From IMG/VR virus record IMGVR_UViG_3300034257_000006, positions 1-60,102 of that record: a DNA stretch of 60,102 nucleotides; one strand, given 5' to 3'. This DNA is from a virus. Taxonomy: Duplodnaviria; Caudoviricetes. The notes below the pieces were generated by a model. It was given only the letters and a program-made list of their open reading frames with translations. It had not been told where the DNA came from and did not search any database. Each line of letters starts with the position of its first letter. Within the stretch, counting starts at the first letter, position 1. Position numbers and translations under genes: made by a program. Below, in pieces: positions 1 through 9,986 of this stretch.

Positions 1-127
1 CCGCTCAGGTCCGCGCCGCTCAGGTTCGCGCCTCTCATGTTCGCGATATCCGAATTACTCCACAACACTGACCCGTTGAATCGATGTTTAATTTCAACCA
101 CAACAACCACCCTTCGTAAAAAGACTA
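1..127. repeat. Terminal overlap, copy 1 (identical to 59976-60102); circular contig
   Basis: First 127 nt equal last 127 nt; the length matches a common assembler k-mer. Confidence 0.95.
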
Positions 128-610
128 CTTCCACCTCACCAAAAGCCCCTGAACCTCATCCCTCGCCGTACCCGGCGACATGTCATCGTAGATCCGCTGA
201 AGGAGTGTGTAATCGACCTTGACGACGACACTCTTCTTAATTGGCTCTCTGTTTCGGAGTACAATGTTGCTGATTTTCAGGTTCAGATTTCCTCCGTCAT
301 GTCTCGATTTCGATTCACACCCATACAGCGGCCAAGTTCCTGTTTTCAGCAGATAGCACAAATCAGCAGCCTCGAAGACACTGCTTCCGAATGCGATCCG
401 AGGTTTTTCATATGCGTACAGACCGACTCCAATTACCAACCGAACAGCACTCTCCCCCGCCGTCCCAAACTCCGAATCAACCCTCCACGTCAGCGTTCCC
501 GCCTTACCGTCGTAAACAAGGTGAAACCGCATGAAGTCGAGGAGATCCTGACCGGAGAGATCAGATACTGCGTTCATCGTCGCCTCCGTCGATATCCAAG
601 GCATCCGCAT
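125..610 (-). CDS. Degenerate HNH-endonuclease-like protein
   Basis: LVYDGKAGTLTWR start, TGTWP and NLKISNI resemble phage HNH_3 endonucleases, but the HR and IDH motifs are absent. Confidence 0.45.
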   Translation of the reverse strand: MRMPWISTEATMNAVSDLSGQDLLDFMRFHLVYDGKAGTLTWRVDSEFGTAGESAVRLVIGVGLYAYEKPRIAFGSSVFEAADLCYLLKTGTWPLYGCESKSRHDGGNLNLKISNIVLRNREPIKKSVVVKVDYTLLQRIYDDMSPGTARDEVQGLLVRWK

Positions 611-679
611 TCACCGAATCCACATTGATCCACGCCGCTGCGATTAGAATGCAGAGAAGCAAGAATGTCAGTACGCCAA

Positions 680-1123
680 TCATCGTTTAACCTCCTTCAA
701 AGCCATCAGTTCATCCGCCACCACGCCTTCTCCATGAAACCGAAGAGTCTCAGCGACAGTCTCGATCATCCTCCGAGGCACCCAGCAGGCTCGCCCCTGC
801 TTCACATACACAGGCCGGCGGCGAGACCGGAGATTCTCCGGACGCAGATTCCGACGTCCCTCCTTCGACTTATCGGCGAACACCACGCCGTGCTTCGGCC
901 AGTGTTTCTTCCAGAGGAACCAGCAGATATCTGCAGCATCGAACGAGCGGTCGATGAAACGAACAACGAGCATGTCGTGTCCCTGAACTGTTTCGACGGA
1001 AACAGGGTTAGCGCCGATAAACGGTCGAAACTTTGAACCGTTGCGCCAGTTCAGATGACCCAGGACCTTGTTGTAGAACAGGTTATTTCGGATGAGATCT
1101 TTGTCTTCGGATGAGATCTGCAT
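680..1123 (-). CDS. Degenerate HNH-endonuclease-like protein
   Basis: LFYNKVLGHLNWR, HWP and RNLRPENLR motifs; catalytic His not evident; shares FxAADxC with 125-610. Confidence 0.45.
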   Translation of the reverse strand: MQISSEDKDLIRNNLFYNKVLGHLNWRNGSKFRPFIGANPVSVETVQGHDMLVVRFIDRSFDAADICWFLWKKHWPKHGVVFADKSKEGRRNLRPENLRSRRRPVYVKQGRACWVPRRMIETVAETLRFHGEGVVADELMALKEVKR

Positions 1124-1320
1124 TATGTGTGTTCCTTCGTGTCAACAACCCATTGAACCGACTTGTCTTTAATTTCAACAGTGACACACCCTGCACTGTT
1201 TCCTTTGAGAAGATCGAACAGTGCGGTCATTATCAATTGGTCCGATGACGTCTGAGACACCATGAACATGTTCTGGACTCTATCTGTGATAGAGGATCGC
1301 TCTGCATAAACCTGCATCAC
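1123..1320 (-). CDS. Hypothetical protein
   Basis: Tightly coupled ORF in minus-strand operon. Confidence 0.55.
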   Translation of the reverse strand: MMQVYAERSSITDRVQNMFMVSQTSSDQLIMTALFDLLKGNSAGCVTVEIKDKSVQWVVDTKEHT

Positions 1321-1562
1321 CCACCGTCTTTCTTCGTCGCCCTGAAAATCACATACCCTTCATGGATAGACGCTTTGAAACTAAGCCCTCTGGTCTGTGC
1401 TGCGCTTTTAACTGCTGAACGAAATGAAGCATCCTTGCATTCGTAGTCTTTTCCTCGAACAGCTTTCCATGTGTCACCATTGAGCCACAGATCCCAGTTG
1501 TATGGGATCCCTGAGATTGACCTTCGATCACTTAGTTCACTGTCATCAACGCGATCAGCCAT
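1317..1562 (-). CDS. Small putative DNA-binding protein
   Basis: YNWDLWLNG...DY...SFR pattern typical of small phage proteins; RBS GAAGGGTGG. Confidence 0.5.
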   Translation of the reverse strand: MADRVDDSELSDRRSISGIPYNWDLWLNGDTWKAVRGKDYECKDASFRSAVKSAAQTRGLSFKASIHEGYVIFRATKKDGG

Positions 1563-1595
1563 TACACACCACCCTTCGAAACATTGTTAATACGT

Positions 1596-2423
1596 TCACC
1601 GATGCTTCTTCTCTTCAATGACATCCAGTTCATGGAACACATGTTCCCTGAAAATATCGTCCACATACTGTATCTCTTCAAACCATGTCCCGGTGTTATC
1701 CATTACACGAACAGGTGTCATCGCACCGGTCAGCAGTTCACGGAGAATTTCAAGGATGATTTTTCGAACTTCGTCTTCGTTCACGGCTTATCCACCTGTC
1801 TCAATTGCACAACGACGCTAGCTCTCTCATGACGAGCAGTCAGATACTTTTTCGACCCATCCGAATCAACCAGACCCCCAGCAATCGACGGCAACTTCTT
1901 TTGGCTGAACCCAACGCTCTCGACGACCGCGTACACACCGATGTCTTCGAGGAAGACGACGTCATTGATTTTTAGATTGATCATACTATCGTCTATTTTG
2001 TCGCTCATCTGATTAAGCCCCTTCGTAAAAATTGAAAACTCCGAACCGACGATTCCAGTGTGCAGTAACTGTGTAACGAACGCCGTTACTCGTCGGTCGG
2101 AGCAGGTTCCTTGCACCTCGACTGCCATGCTGCGCGGATTTCAGCGAGCATCCTGTCGCACTCTTCAGTTACAATTTTGGCCGCTTCATGGAATGGGCCA
2201 GACAATTCTTCGCATCGCTTGCAGTGCGTGAAAAACGAGGAATCAGTCAGTGCCCCATCGATTAGATCATTACATGAAAGCATTACGCAACTCTCACAGA
2301 GATCCTTCCCGCACCCGCAGCATGTTCTCAGTGCAGTACGCATACCGCACAGATCACATGTGACTTCGAACGACTGAATTGTCTTAGTAATTTCTCGACG
2401 CATCACAACACCACCTTTCACCT
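1596..2423 (-). CDS. Three small hypothetical genes (1596-1784, 1781-~2008, 2086-~2403, the last Cys-rich/zinc-finger-like)
   Basis: Overlapping start/stop codons and RBSs; repeated CxxC motifs in the third. Confidence 0.55.
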
Positions 2424-2723
2424 TAAAAACCGTTTATGTGCTTCATTGCCTTCGTCGAGCATGACGCCTTCGGACAGCAGGCATCGACAGATTCTTTGAT
2501 GATCGACAACGCCGCCCATGTGGCCGATCATCTTGCCACGTTCGCCGATTTCATGGTCGTACTCCCAGACGAGAGTTTCTTCTCCTCGCATTCCTTCGCT
2601 CCCGGCTGCAGCGATGTCGTACGTCCGTTCAATAGTCGAAACGAAGAAGCACTTTTTTCCGTGATAGACGTAAGACTGCCAGACTTTTTTGTTTTTCCTG
2701 ACGTCGAGTGCATCATGTAACAT
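2418..2723 (-). CDS. Hypothetical protein
   Basis: ORF preceded by GAAAGGTGGTGTTGTG leader and a promoter. Confidence 0.6.
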   Translation of the reverse strand: MLHDALDVRKNKKVWQSYVYHGKKCFFVSTIERTYDIAAAGSEGMRGEETLVWEYDHEIGERGKMIGHMGGVVDHQRICRCLLSEGVMLDEGNEAHKRFLR

Positions 2724-2746
2724 CACAACACCACCTTTCTCCACGA

Positions 2747-2775
2747 ACAATAACGCCACACAAACACATTGTCAA
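2747..2775 (-). promoter_or_regulatory. Sigma70-type promoter
   Basis: TTGACA-17 nt-TATTGT on minus strand. Confidence 0.65.
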
Positions 2776-2791
2776 CACAATTATAGAAAAA

Positions 2792-3058
2792 TTATTCCCT
2801 ACTTCGATTTTTTGTTTTTTGTCGGTGCGTCCATGCGTGCTTCAAATAAATGCCCCACTCCATTGCAGCAGCGTAGGCTTCGTCTCGGTCAGTGAAACAT
2901 CCTTCCGTCGTTTCTGTGTACACAGGGATGACTGGCATTGATTCACCTTTCTTCGGTGGGACCGACAGCAGTCGTCCACCGATACGATGACCGCGATCGG
3001 TTAGAAGGTCGAATGATCCGTCACTCATTTCATTTACTCTGATTCTCACCTGCATCAT
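2792..3058 (-). CDS. Hypothetical protein
   Basis: Coupled ORF. Confidence 0.55.
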   Translation of the reverse strand: MMQVRIRVNEMSDGSFDLLTDRGHRIGGRLLSVPPKKGESMPVIPVYTETTEGCFTDRDEAYAAAMEWGIYLKHAWTHRQKTKNRSRE

Positions 3059-3492
3059 CGCACTCCGGCCAGCAGCACATCGCCAATAAACACCCGAAAC
3101 TCATCCACCGTATAAAAGCACAACCCAGTACTCGCTGCCAGATCCCAGCAGCCGACTTTCTCCCGCTCGTAAGTCACCCAGATCTTCAACATCTCATCCG
3201 GATCCGAGATCTTCATTGACGTCACCTTGCTCAGCACAATCGTGTTGTCCGCTGAGTAGTCCATCGCATTTCCGTCGCGCGGAAGCACCATGGCTCCTCT
3301 GTACCATATTCCAGAGAGCAACCGCCACACCGGATGCGTCGTGCCGTCGATCACAACGGCTATCTGTTTCACGCCGAGCTTCGAGATTACGTTCGTTGTG
3401 ACTAGCCGAGTGTGGCCTTGCCAGCAAACGCCGTTGCGGTCGATGTAGATGCCGGGAGCCCACACGATCATTCTTTTGGCGATGGAGGTCAT
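3055..3492 (-). CDS. Degenerate HNH-like protein
   Basis: VWRLL...VLPRDGNAMDYSADN parallels HNH_3 VHRLV...VxHxDGNxxNNxxxN with the His residues lost. Confidence 0.4.
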   Translation of the reverse strand: MTSIAKRMIVWAPGIYIDRNGVCWQGHTRLVTTNVISKLGVKQIAVVIDGTTHPVWRLLSGIWYRGAMVLPRDGNAMDYSADNTIVLSKVTSMKISDPDEMLKIWVTYEREKVGCWDLAASTGLCFYTVDEFRVFIGDVLLAGVR

Positions 3493-5052
3493 TGAACCAC
3501 AATCTGCATTTTTTCTGTAAATTTATCCGATAACTGAGACAGGTGTTGAAACACTTCTTTTGCCGTGTCCATGTCTCCGCAAACCATTACAAACGGAAGA
3601 TCGAAGCAGTGCCACTTTCCTGGCTGAATGCTTTGCGCCTGGGGCTGATGTCTTGCGTTCATGTATTCGACAAGTTCATCTGGAAACTGAACTCCAGATC
3701 GTCTTTGCATTTCGTCAACACTAAGATTCCCAAGCATAAACGCCATCACAAAAGCCCCCTCTCGAAGTCCAACACATAATCCTCAATCCGCTCAAACGCA
3801 TCCAGCACGATACGCTCCAGTTCATTGTAAAACCCTAAGGAGTCCATCTCCTCCCCATCGTCATCAAAAACCTTCAACTCAACAACCCGAGGCTCCGAGA
3901 TCTCCACCTGATACGGACGCGACGTATCACCATCCGCAATCTCCGAGATCGTCAACTTCCGCGCCTCACAACGATACTCAACTGTTGCCGTCCCGAAGAT
4001 GGCATCAGTGAATTGGAATTCTTCCCACCACCAGCGTCCAGGACGGATGCCTGTGCCTCGGTTTGCGTCTTTGCGATGCACTGCGAATGATGCCATGATA
4101 CTTTCTTTCAGCAATTAACCATGAAATGGATTCGATCTGGATAATCACCGCAGGCACACTGAGTCTGCCATTCGTCGCCTTCTTTTCGGATGACTTGAGT
4201 CCATCCGTTTGAAGTTCCTGATGCGTTCAGTGAATTGCAGACATCAAGGATCTCCTCATCTGTTGCATCGGCAACTGCGCAAACCTGCATTGAAGCGATT
4301 CCAGCGAATGGCCACGTGATTTCGACTCTGTTCATCATTGACTCCTTAAATTCCATTGAACGATTGCCAAAGCGGCGGCTCTTTCTTCCCACTGATCTTT
4401 GTCGCCGTCGCCAGCAGTTTGAATGCGGACTTCTGGTCCACTTGCTCCACACTCATCACAGAAGACTCGACGCCATCGAGCCTTCTGCGACTGTGACTCT
4501 TGAACTGTTACAGAACAGACAGTTTGATGGTGTCATTTTACGTTCTTAGTATGTGTGATAACCATAAGCTCACCTGCGAGCTTGGCGATAATAAATTCCG
4601 CATTGCGATCTGGCGCAGGAAGCCCAAGTCCCCTCAACGCATCGCTGATAATCCTGCGAGCATTCACCCACTCAGCTACTGCTTCTCCGTTTTTCACTCC
4701 GGCACCATCGCATTTCCACACGCTTCGGCGAGGTGCAGCTCTACTTCATGATCGGCCATCGGCTTGCCGTACTTGATGATCGAATCAACCATCCAGTCGT
4801 ACCCACAGAATCCCGACGACTGAAGTCGCAACTTCCGAGCCTGATTCGAGTTCAATTCATGAACATCGATCCCGGCACACCATCCGTCATCCCATGAGTA
4901 ATGGTATCGACCATGTTCAAGGATTTTGACGGCAGTCTTGATTGACTCTTTGCCGACGAACGACCGGATCGTCGCGTACTTGCGTCCTTCTCCGTACCAC
5001 TTCCCGTTCCACGATGGACAACCGGGCATACTGAGTGTGAATCCGAGCATCA
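3489..5052 (-). CDS. Run of small hypothetical genes (3489-3749, 3746-~4098, 4108-~4338, 4533-~4697, 4694-~5052)
   Basis: Abutting minus-strand ORFs with plausible protein composition. Confidence 0.55.
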
Positions 5053-5103
5053 TTTGAAAATTTCCCTTCGTTAAAACCATTCATCGACCACACCACCACC
5101 GAC

Positions 5104-5132
5104 ACTCTACCAATTAAACTACAATAAAGCAA
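5104..5132 (-). promoter_or_regulatory. Sigma70-type promoter
   Basis: TTGCTT-17 nt-TAGAGT in AT-rich intergenic gap. Confidence 0.45.
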
Positions 5133-5136
5133 CAAT

Positions 5137-6879
5137 TTATTCCGAAGATTTTTCCGCCCTTGCTAACCATCGTCCATAGAGTGGTCCTCTTCTGAACTGT
5201 TTTCGTTCAAAACCCAGTGATTCCAGCGTCTCGTGGATCTGTCGAGAATTTATTGTGCCACCGTATGACGACCGATGTCGCCGGCTGACTTCGTCGATCT
5301 TCACGAGGATCCACACGGCTTCGCCATCGAAGTAATACCCGGTCAGCGGATCATCCTTTTCGCGGATGTCTGTGAGTCCGCCACCGTTCGGCACGCACTT
5401 CATTCGACCTTTGAATGCGTGGCCTTTGTCGATATAGAGTTGCAGGCCAGTCATGAGTTCGTCCTTATTGCCGATCATCGCCAGCACAATGTCTTCTATC
5501 TGATCGGCGATGCCGTTTTCTTTTTTCTCTTCGACGTCGGCCATCTTCTCAAGGAACTCGCGCAGGCCACGGGTGATTCCGTTCTGTTTCTTCTTGTCGT
5601 TGTCCTTGCCGTTCCAGATCGTCTTCCAGTCCCACCAAACGAACGACTGATTCAGGGCGAACAGTCCATTCGTCTGCTGCTTCATTCGCAGCGCAAACGA
5701 ACCTGGAGCCATGAATTCTTTCGTATGCATCGACACTTCATGTTCGCCTACCATAACCTGAATTAAATCCTCGTCGCCCTTCGTGACGTACTTCGCCTTC
5801 CAGTCACACTGCCACTCATCAATCCGCTCAGAATCCTGCTGCGTATGATCCATCGAAGGGTCCGGAACAAGTCTGATCCCGTGTCTCTTCAGGTAAGATC
5901 CGAATGACCTGTCATCAGCCGCCGACTCAGGAGCAGTCAGTTTCTGCTTTGCTTCGATCTCTTTGAGGAACTCGCCGTACATGAACGTCCGACTCGACTC
6001 GAAGATCACCTTCACTTCGGCTTCTGTCTTCGGCGGTTCACAGACGAGCAGGTTTGCCCCGGCCAAGGCCATCCAGACGTTGTCGATCGCGTCCTGTTCC
6101 TCGATCCCGTTGATACCTCGGATCTGGAACTCGCGACGCCACAGATGATTCGCCTGAACCAGCAGGGCATTGTGTCTTCCTGGGTGTCGCACCTTGCCGA
6201 TCTGCGATCGGAAGCACTTCGCATCACCGTTGCCACTGCTCGAAACACCAGAGGCTTTCTCTGCCCACTTCTTGCACGCCAGATCGACGATATGTTTCGG
6301 AAGCGGAATTATCGGGATGTCATCCGGCGACATACCTGGGATCCACTCGTACTTGGCTCCATTCTGGTGGATCGATGGCGGCGCAACGGACTGTGTCTCT
6401 TTGCCACGACCACCGAACCGCATCTCCAGTCCGTTGACGGTGAGGCTCGCCTTACCGGTCTCCGGAAGATCCGGAGTCCATCGGTAGATTCGATGGAGGC
6501 TCTTACCCGACGTGTACGTTGGAGCTGCATACCCCTGCAGGATCAGGTCTGCGAACTCACGCCCTTCGGGAGTATCATCTTCGAGATCGACGACTGCTTT
6601 GTCTGCCGGGATCCCGTGACACGGACCAAGGACGATCCCGACGTTCCACGGATCCTGCCATTGCTCCCGAATAACTTCTTCATCCTGCGTCGCCGACTTC
6701 CCCCATGCCGAAGCGACGGGGTGCTTACCGATGGAACCTTCGCAGTCTTTACTGCCGCAGGAACAGGTTGTCGTGTTGCCACGGAAGATCGGGTAATGGA
6801 GACGGACAGGATAAAATCCCTGACGGGCCAGATCGACGACAGCATCGGCTACGGCAGAAGTCACTACGCGGCACTCCAT
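5137..6879 (-). CDS. Bifunctional DNA primase/polymerase (Prim-Pol, AEP) protein
   Basis: N-terminal CSC..C..GKHP, NVGI, VVDLE, LHRIY and VAPPSIH motifs; PriCT-like GRHNAL; no Walker A seen in the C-terminal half. Confidence 0.85.
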   Translation of the reverse strand: MECRVVTSAVADAVVDLARQGFYPVRLHYPIFRGNTTTCSCGSKDCEGSIGKHPVASAWGKSATQDEEVIREQWQDPWNVGIVLGPCHGIPADKAVVDLEDDTPEGREFADLILQGYAAPTYTSGKSLHRIYRWTPDLPETGKASLTVNGLEMRFGGRGKETQSVAPPSIHQNGAKYEWIPGMSPDDIPIIPLPKHIVDLACKKWAEKASGVSSSGNGDAKCFRSQIGKVRHPGRHNALLVQANHLWRREFQIRGINGIEEQDAIDNVWMALAGANLLVCEPPKTEAEVKVIFESSRTFMYGEFLKEIEAKQKLTAPESAADDRSFGSYLKRHGIRLVPDPSMDHTQQDSERIDEWQCDWKAKYVTKGDEDLIQVMVGEHEVSMHTKEFMAPGSFALRMKQQTNGLFALNQSFVWWDWKTIWNGKDNDKKKQNGITRGLREFLEKMADVEEKKENGIADQIEDIVLAMIGNKDELMTGLQLYIDKGHAFKGRMKCVPNGGGLTDIREKDDPLTGYYFDGEAVWILVKIDEVSRRHRSSYGGTINSRQIHETLESLGFERKQFRRGPLYGRWLARAEKSSE

Positions 6880-6902
6880 TTATGTGTTCAACGCACAGTG
6901 TA

Positions 6903-7229
6903 CTAGAGGCAGTAATGCCTATTGTATGAACCTGCTTCAACAAAAACGCCACACACTGGACAGTAGTGTGGCTGTTCATTCTTCGCAACCGTCTTTTCTT
7001 CTTCCACCATATCTTGTGGCAACGAAGGTATTGGGCACCAATGGGTAGGATCGCTTCCTCCATCTGTGAATGCGTCGTTGCTGTGCGTCTGCCACGGATT
7101 CAAAGGCCTGTGCTCTGGATCCCAGTGCCCCACTTCGCACCGAAGCGGCGTCGTCGTGTATCCACTCGGCCCAAACAAAAGTATCCACGTCCCACCCTTC
7201 GGCGCAGTTTCAATTGGCTGCAGATTCAT
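6903..7229 (-). CDS. DUF551-like phage protein
   Basis: LQPIETAPKGGTWILL...PTHWCPIPSLP; RBS AGGAG before ATG 7229. Confidence 0.75.
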   Translation of the reverse strand: MNLQPIETAPKGGTWILLFGPSGYTTTPLRCEVGHWDPEHRPLNPWQTHSNDAFTDGGSDPTHWCPIPSLPQDMVEEEKTVAKNEQPHYCPVCGVFVEAGSYNRHYCL

Positions 7230-7254
7230 CGTTATTCTCCTTCGTAAAACAACA

Positions 7255-7345
7255 ACATTACCCGCCATCCAAAAAACATTCAATAGTTTCATGGGAATTA
7301 TTCGACAATAGTGTTGACATCCTTTTGGAGAGATGCAATGCTTTG
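7255..7345. promoter_or_regulatory. Divergent promoter region
   Basis: Minus: TTGAAT-17-TAATGT (7283-7255); plus: TTGACA at 7314; strand switch point. Confidence 0.55.
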
Positions 7346-7423
7346 GTTTATTGGTGTTCCTGTTGTGTTGATTTGGTTCCTGAACGGGTTGACGTTTGGG
7401 TTTGAATTTTTGGAGAATGAGTG

Positions 7424-7636
7424 ATGAATCTGTATCTACTGAAACGCGATGACTATGATTACGACGAGCACGACGAAGCACTTATTCGTGCTGAAAGCGA
7501 ACAAAACGCAAGGAACATCGCAGAGAAGGAACTGACTGCGCCAAAAGATGCGTGGACTGAAGAGAAGGCAACTTGTGAAATTGTGACCGTTGATGGGTAT
7601 CTCGGCGTGGTTATTGAATCTTTTAATGCAGGTTGA
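7424..7636 (+). CDS. Hypothetical protein
   Basis: RBS GGAG; first gene of the plus-strand island. Confidence 0.7.
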   Translation: MNLYLLKRDDYDYDEHDEALIRAESEQNARNIAEKELTAPKDAWTEEKATCEIVTVDGYLGVVIESFNAG

Positions 7637-7656
7637 ATTTTTGGAGGATGAGTAAG

Positions 7657-7827
7657 ATGCTCGTAGTTTCTCGGAAGAACAGCGAAAAGATCATCATCAA
7701 CGAGAACATCGTTGTCACTGTGGTCGATATTGGTAGTGGACGCGTTCTCTTGGGAATCGAAGCCCCGAAGGAAGTGAAGATTGTTCGGTCGGAATTGGTT
7801 TTTCAGGATGGGCTCTGTGGAAAGTAA
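7657..7827 (+). CDS. csrA: Carbon storage regulator CsrA/RsmA family RNA-binding protein
   Basis: MLVVSRKNSEKIIINENIVVTVVDIGSGRVLLGIEAPKEVKIVRSEL matches the CsrA consensus including GIxAP..V.I.RxE. Confidence 0.93.
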   Translation: MLVVSRKNSEKIIINENIVVTVVDIGSGRVLLGIEAPKEVKIVRSELVFQDGLCGK

Positions 7828-8026
7828 TGCGAAACTTGCGGAAGCAATAGACAATGCCTGTAAGTCACTTCCGAGCGACTGTCATGTGCATCTGGTGATG
7901 GAGCAGTTCGCCGCCAACGTGCTCCTTGAGGTTGATGGCAAAGAGGTTGATTTTTCTTCGAATCGCGAAACACTGGCAGACACAATCAACGATGCGGTTG
8001 AGGCTGCGCAGGATCTCAACGGTTGA
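7808..8026 (+). CDS. Hypothetical protein
   Basis: Coupled ORF ending just before attC-1. Confidence 0.65.
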   Translation: MGSVESNAKLAEAIDNACKSLPSDCHVHLVMEQFAANVLLEVDGKEVDFSSNRETLADTINDAVEAAQDLNG

Positions 8027-8034
8027 GTGATCCT

Positions 8035-8120
8035 GCTGAACGCTGCCGCTAAAACGCGGCTGAGACAAATATAGTTTAATCTGACGGTCGGAAGCCGTCG
8101 TTTTCAGCGGCTTGTTCTGA
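8035..8120 (-). repeat. attC-like site 1
   Basis: Minus: TCAGAAC AAGCC GCT(G)AAAACG(A)CGGC...GCCGCGTTTTAGC GGCAGC GTTCAGC; two extrahelical bases. Confidence 0.85.
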
Positions 8121-8154
8121 CTCCGTGTCTTGTAGGTTCTATGGAGGTTATATC

Positions 8155-8520
8155 GTGAAAGGGTTCATTGAAGTTATCGGGTGGCTGTTCGCTGGTATCT
8201 TTGCAGTTGGGCTTCTCCTGGGCATTGGATGGGTCGTTCAAGGTAACGACTTTTTCATGTACCAGATGTTCGCTCCGAAGTACGAGAGCGTGCGGCGCGA
8301 AACGTTCGAACAGTCAAAGGCATTCAATCAGGGGATGATTCAGGAACTGCAGGACATGCAGTTTCAGTACGTCAAGGCCGCGCCGGAACACAAAGTCGCG
8401 TTGGCGTCGATCATCCTGCATCGCGTGGCAGATTATGACGAATCGAAACTTCCGACGGACCTGAGATCGTTTGTCTCAGGCTTGCGCCGGGAGCGATCCT
8501 TTACTGGAGAGAAAGAATGA
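8155..8520 (+). CDS. Membrane-anchored hypothetical protein (cassette 1, gene a)
   Basis: N-terminal hydrophobic helix; RBS GGAGG before GTG. Confidence 0.75.
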   Translation: MKGFIEVIGWLFAGIFAVGLLLGIGWVVQGNDFFMYQMFAPKYESVRRETFEQSKAFNQGMIQELQDMQFQYVKAAPEHKVALASIILHRVADYDESKLPTDLRSFVSGLRRERSFTGEKE

Positions 8521-9005
8521 GAGTGATTTTGGCGTTGATGACCTTGTTGCTTGTCGGATGCGAAATGGAAAAGAGCATCGACACTGTTCAACGAGAGCAA
8601 CAGGAAGTTCTTTTGAAAGAGGCAACGTCAGCAGTTGGAATGCCTGCGATTCACAATTTTCGCGAGCGAAAGATACTGAAGGACATTCTGGAACTTCGGG
8701 ATCAGGACGGACTGGTTACGTTCACGTACATTTTCAATGAACTGAATGGCACGCTGGTGTTCCTGGGTGAATCGATCGGCTACGGCATTCCTTACGCAAC
8801 GCAGTTCACGAACCCGGAGAAACTGGAGAGGGTTCATAAACTCGAAGCTCTTTACGAGGTCTTGCCTCAAGCTGATCCGAACGGCTTGTATTCTCCTGCG
8901 GCTGCGGAAGGAACGTGGATCTTGATGAAAGATCCAAAGGGAAGCGACGTGAAGCCGGTGTACGTTGAAGCCCGCGTCATTGTGTCGCCGTTCAGGCTAC
9001 TCTGA
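8517..9005 (+). CDS. Putative lipoprotein (cassette 1, gene b)
   Basis: Signal peptide with lipobox LVGC; YGIPYATQFTNP and PQADPNGLY motifs. Confidence 0.75.
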   Translation: MRVILALMTLLLVGCEMEKSIDTVQREQQEVLLKEATSAVGMPAIHNFRERKILKDILELRDQDGLVTFTYIFNELNGTLVFLGESIGYGIPYATQFTNPEKLERVHKLEALYEVLPQADPNGLYSPAAAEGTWILMKDPKGSDVKPVYVEARVIVSPFRLL

Positions 9006-9069
9006 TTGCTGGCATGGATGCCAAGCAACCGCTTGTGCTCACGCGAGGCAGGATGCCGGACGTGAGTAG

Positions 9070-9174
9070 TCAGAACGCTTGGCGTTTCTGGACCGCCTTA
9101 CATTTTTGAAAGAGATTCGATGCAAACGAAAACGGAAGAAACGAAGCCGGTTCCAGAACAAGCCATTGTTCACA
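9070..9174 (-). repeat. attC-like site 2
   Basis: Plus TCAGAAC...GGCGTTTCTGGACCG / CCGGTTCCAGAACAAGCC...GTTCACA; same two-bulge pattern. Confidence 0.8.
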
Positions 9175-9449
9175 CGCCTGGACCGTGGTTTACCCTGCAT
9201 GAAAGCTCAGCGATCGGAACAGGCGATATGACGATCGCCAGAGTGTACTGGTCGGAAGGGCGTAGTGACGCTGAGAACACGGCGAACGCTCGACTGATGG
9301 CAGCGTCACCAGACATGCTTGATGTGCTGAACAGGTTCGTCGCGTGGGACAAACGATACCCAAATAACACAATCCACTCCAAGGCTGGGGAGTGGCAACT
9401 TGATGAACTATTCAACGCCGCACGTGCGGTGATTTCGAAAGTCGTGTAA
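9120..9449 (+). CDS. HTPGPW-type phage protein (cassette 2)
   Basis: HTPGPW...ANARLMAASPDML motif; start codon inside attC-2 loop, TAA stop inside the next R box. Confidence 0.8.
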   Translation: MQTKTEETKPVPEQAIVHTPGPWFTLHESSAIGTGDMTIARVYWSEGRSDAENTANARLMAASPDMLDVLNRFVAWDKRYPNNTIHSKAGEWQLDELFNAARAVISKVV

Positions 9450-9508
9450 CGCTGCAAGTCTGCGGCGATTACATGGATGTCTTCGTCCGCAGCAATTGCT
9501 TGTTATGC
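9444..9508 (-). repeat. attC-like site 3
   Basis: Plus GTGTAAC...GCAAGTCTGCGGCGA / TCGTCCGCAGCAATTGC...GTTATGC; two bulges. Confidence 0.85.
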
Positions 9509-9528
9509 AGTTTTTTTAGGAGTGAGCA

Positions 9529-9897
9529 ATGTCTGGTATTCAATTCAGAGGCCGCAAGGATCACGAGCATTTAGATTCATCGTACAATTTGTGGGATGGC
9601 GAACATTTAGGAGACATCTCATCGTGGCATGCTGGTGATACCGTGGCTGTCTGTTTCGCGATCAGCAAAGAGCAAGAGAGTCTGATTCTCGACAACACTG
9701 AGTTGCCTGTCGGCAGCGGACTCGCCAGCGTGATGTGTGTTGTCGTTCGTCGCAGCCATTCGATCATCTGGAGGTCAGTTGGTCGGTTCGAATCGCTGAT
9801 AACGTGCTCAGTGCTGCTCGAAGCGGAGAGCGGACAATGGGAGGATGTGTTGAGGTACATCATATTCGGAAAGATGCCAGATCACTGGTCTGCATAA
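9529..9897 (+). CDS. Hypothetical protein (cassette 3)
   Basis: RBS AGGAG; stop TAA within GCATAAC. Confidence 0.75.
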   Translation: MSGIQFRGRKDHEHLDSSYNLWDGEHLGDISSWHAGDTVAVCFAISKEQESLILDNTELPVGSGLASVMCVVVRRSHSIIWRSVGRFESLITCSVLLEAESGQWEDVLRYIIFGKMPDHWSA

Positions 9898-9978
9898 CGC
9901 TTGGCACTTGTTGTCCGCGCGGAGTATTTTCAATTTCGAAGAACGTGGCACGCGGTCGGCAACGTGCCGTTGTTAGGG
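9892..9978 (-). repeat. attC-like site 4
   Basis: Plus GCATAAC...GGCACTTGTTGTCCGCG / CGCGGTCGGCAACGTGCC...GTTAGGG. Confidence 0.85.
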
Positions 9979-9986
9979 GGCTAGTG

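Noticed and set aside
1-127. Biological direct terminal repeat
   Set aside because: Exactly 127 nt and falls mid-gene within a tandem repeat; typical of an assembler circular overlap
2039-2103. Additional attC site
   Set aside because: The inverted repeat CTCCGA(A)CCGACGA/TCGTCGGTCGGAG is real, but R/L spacing is wrong and I found no partner R box
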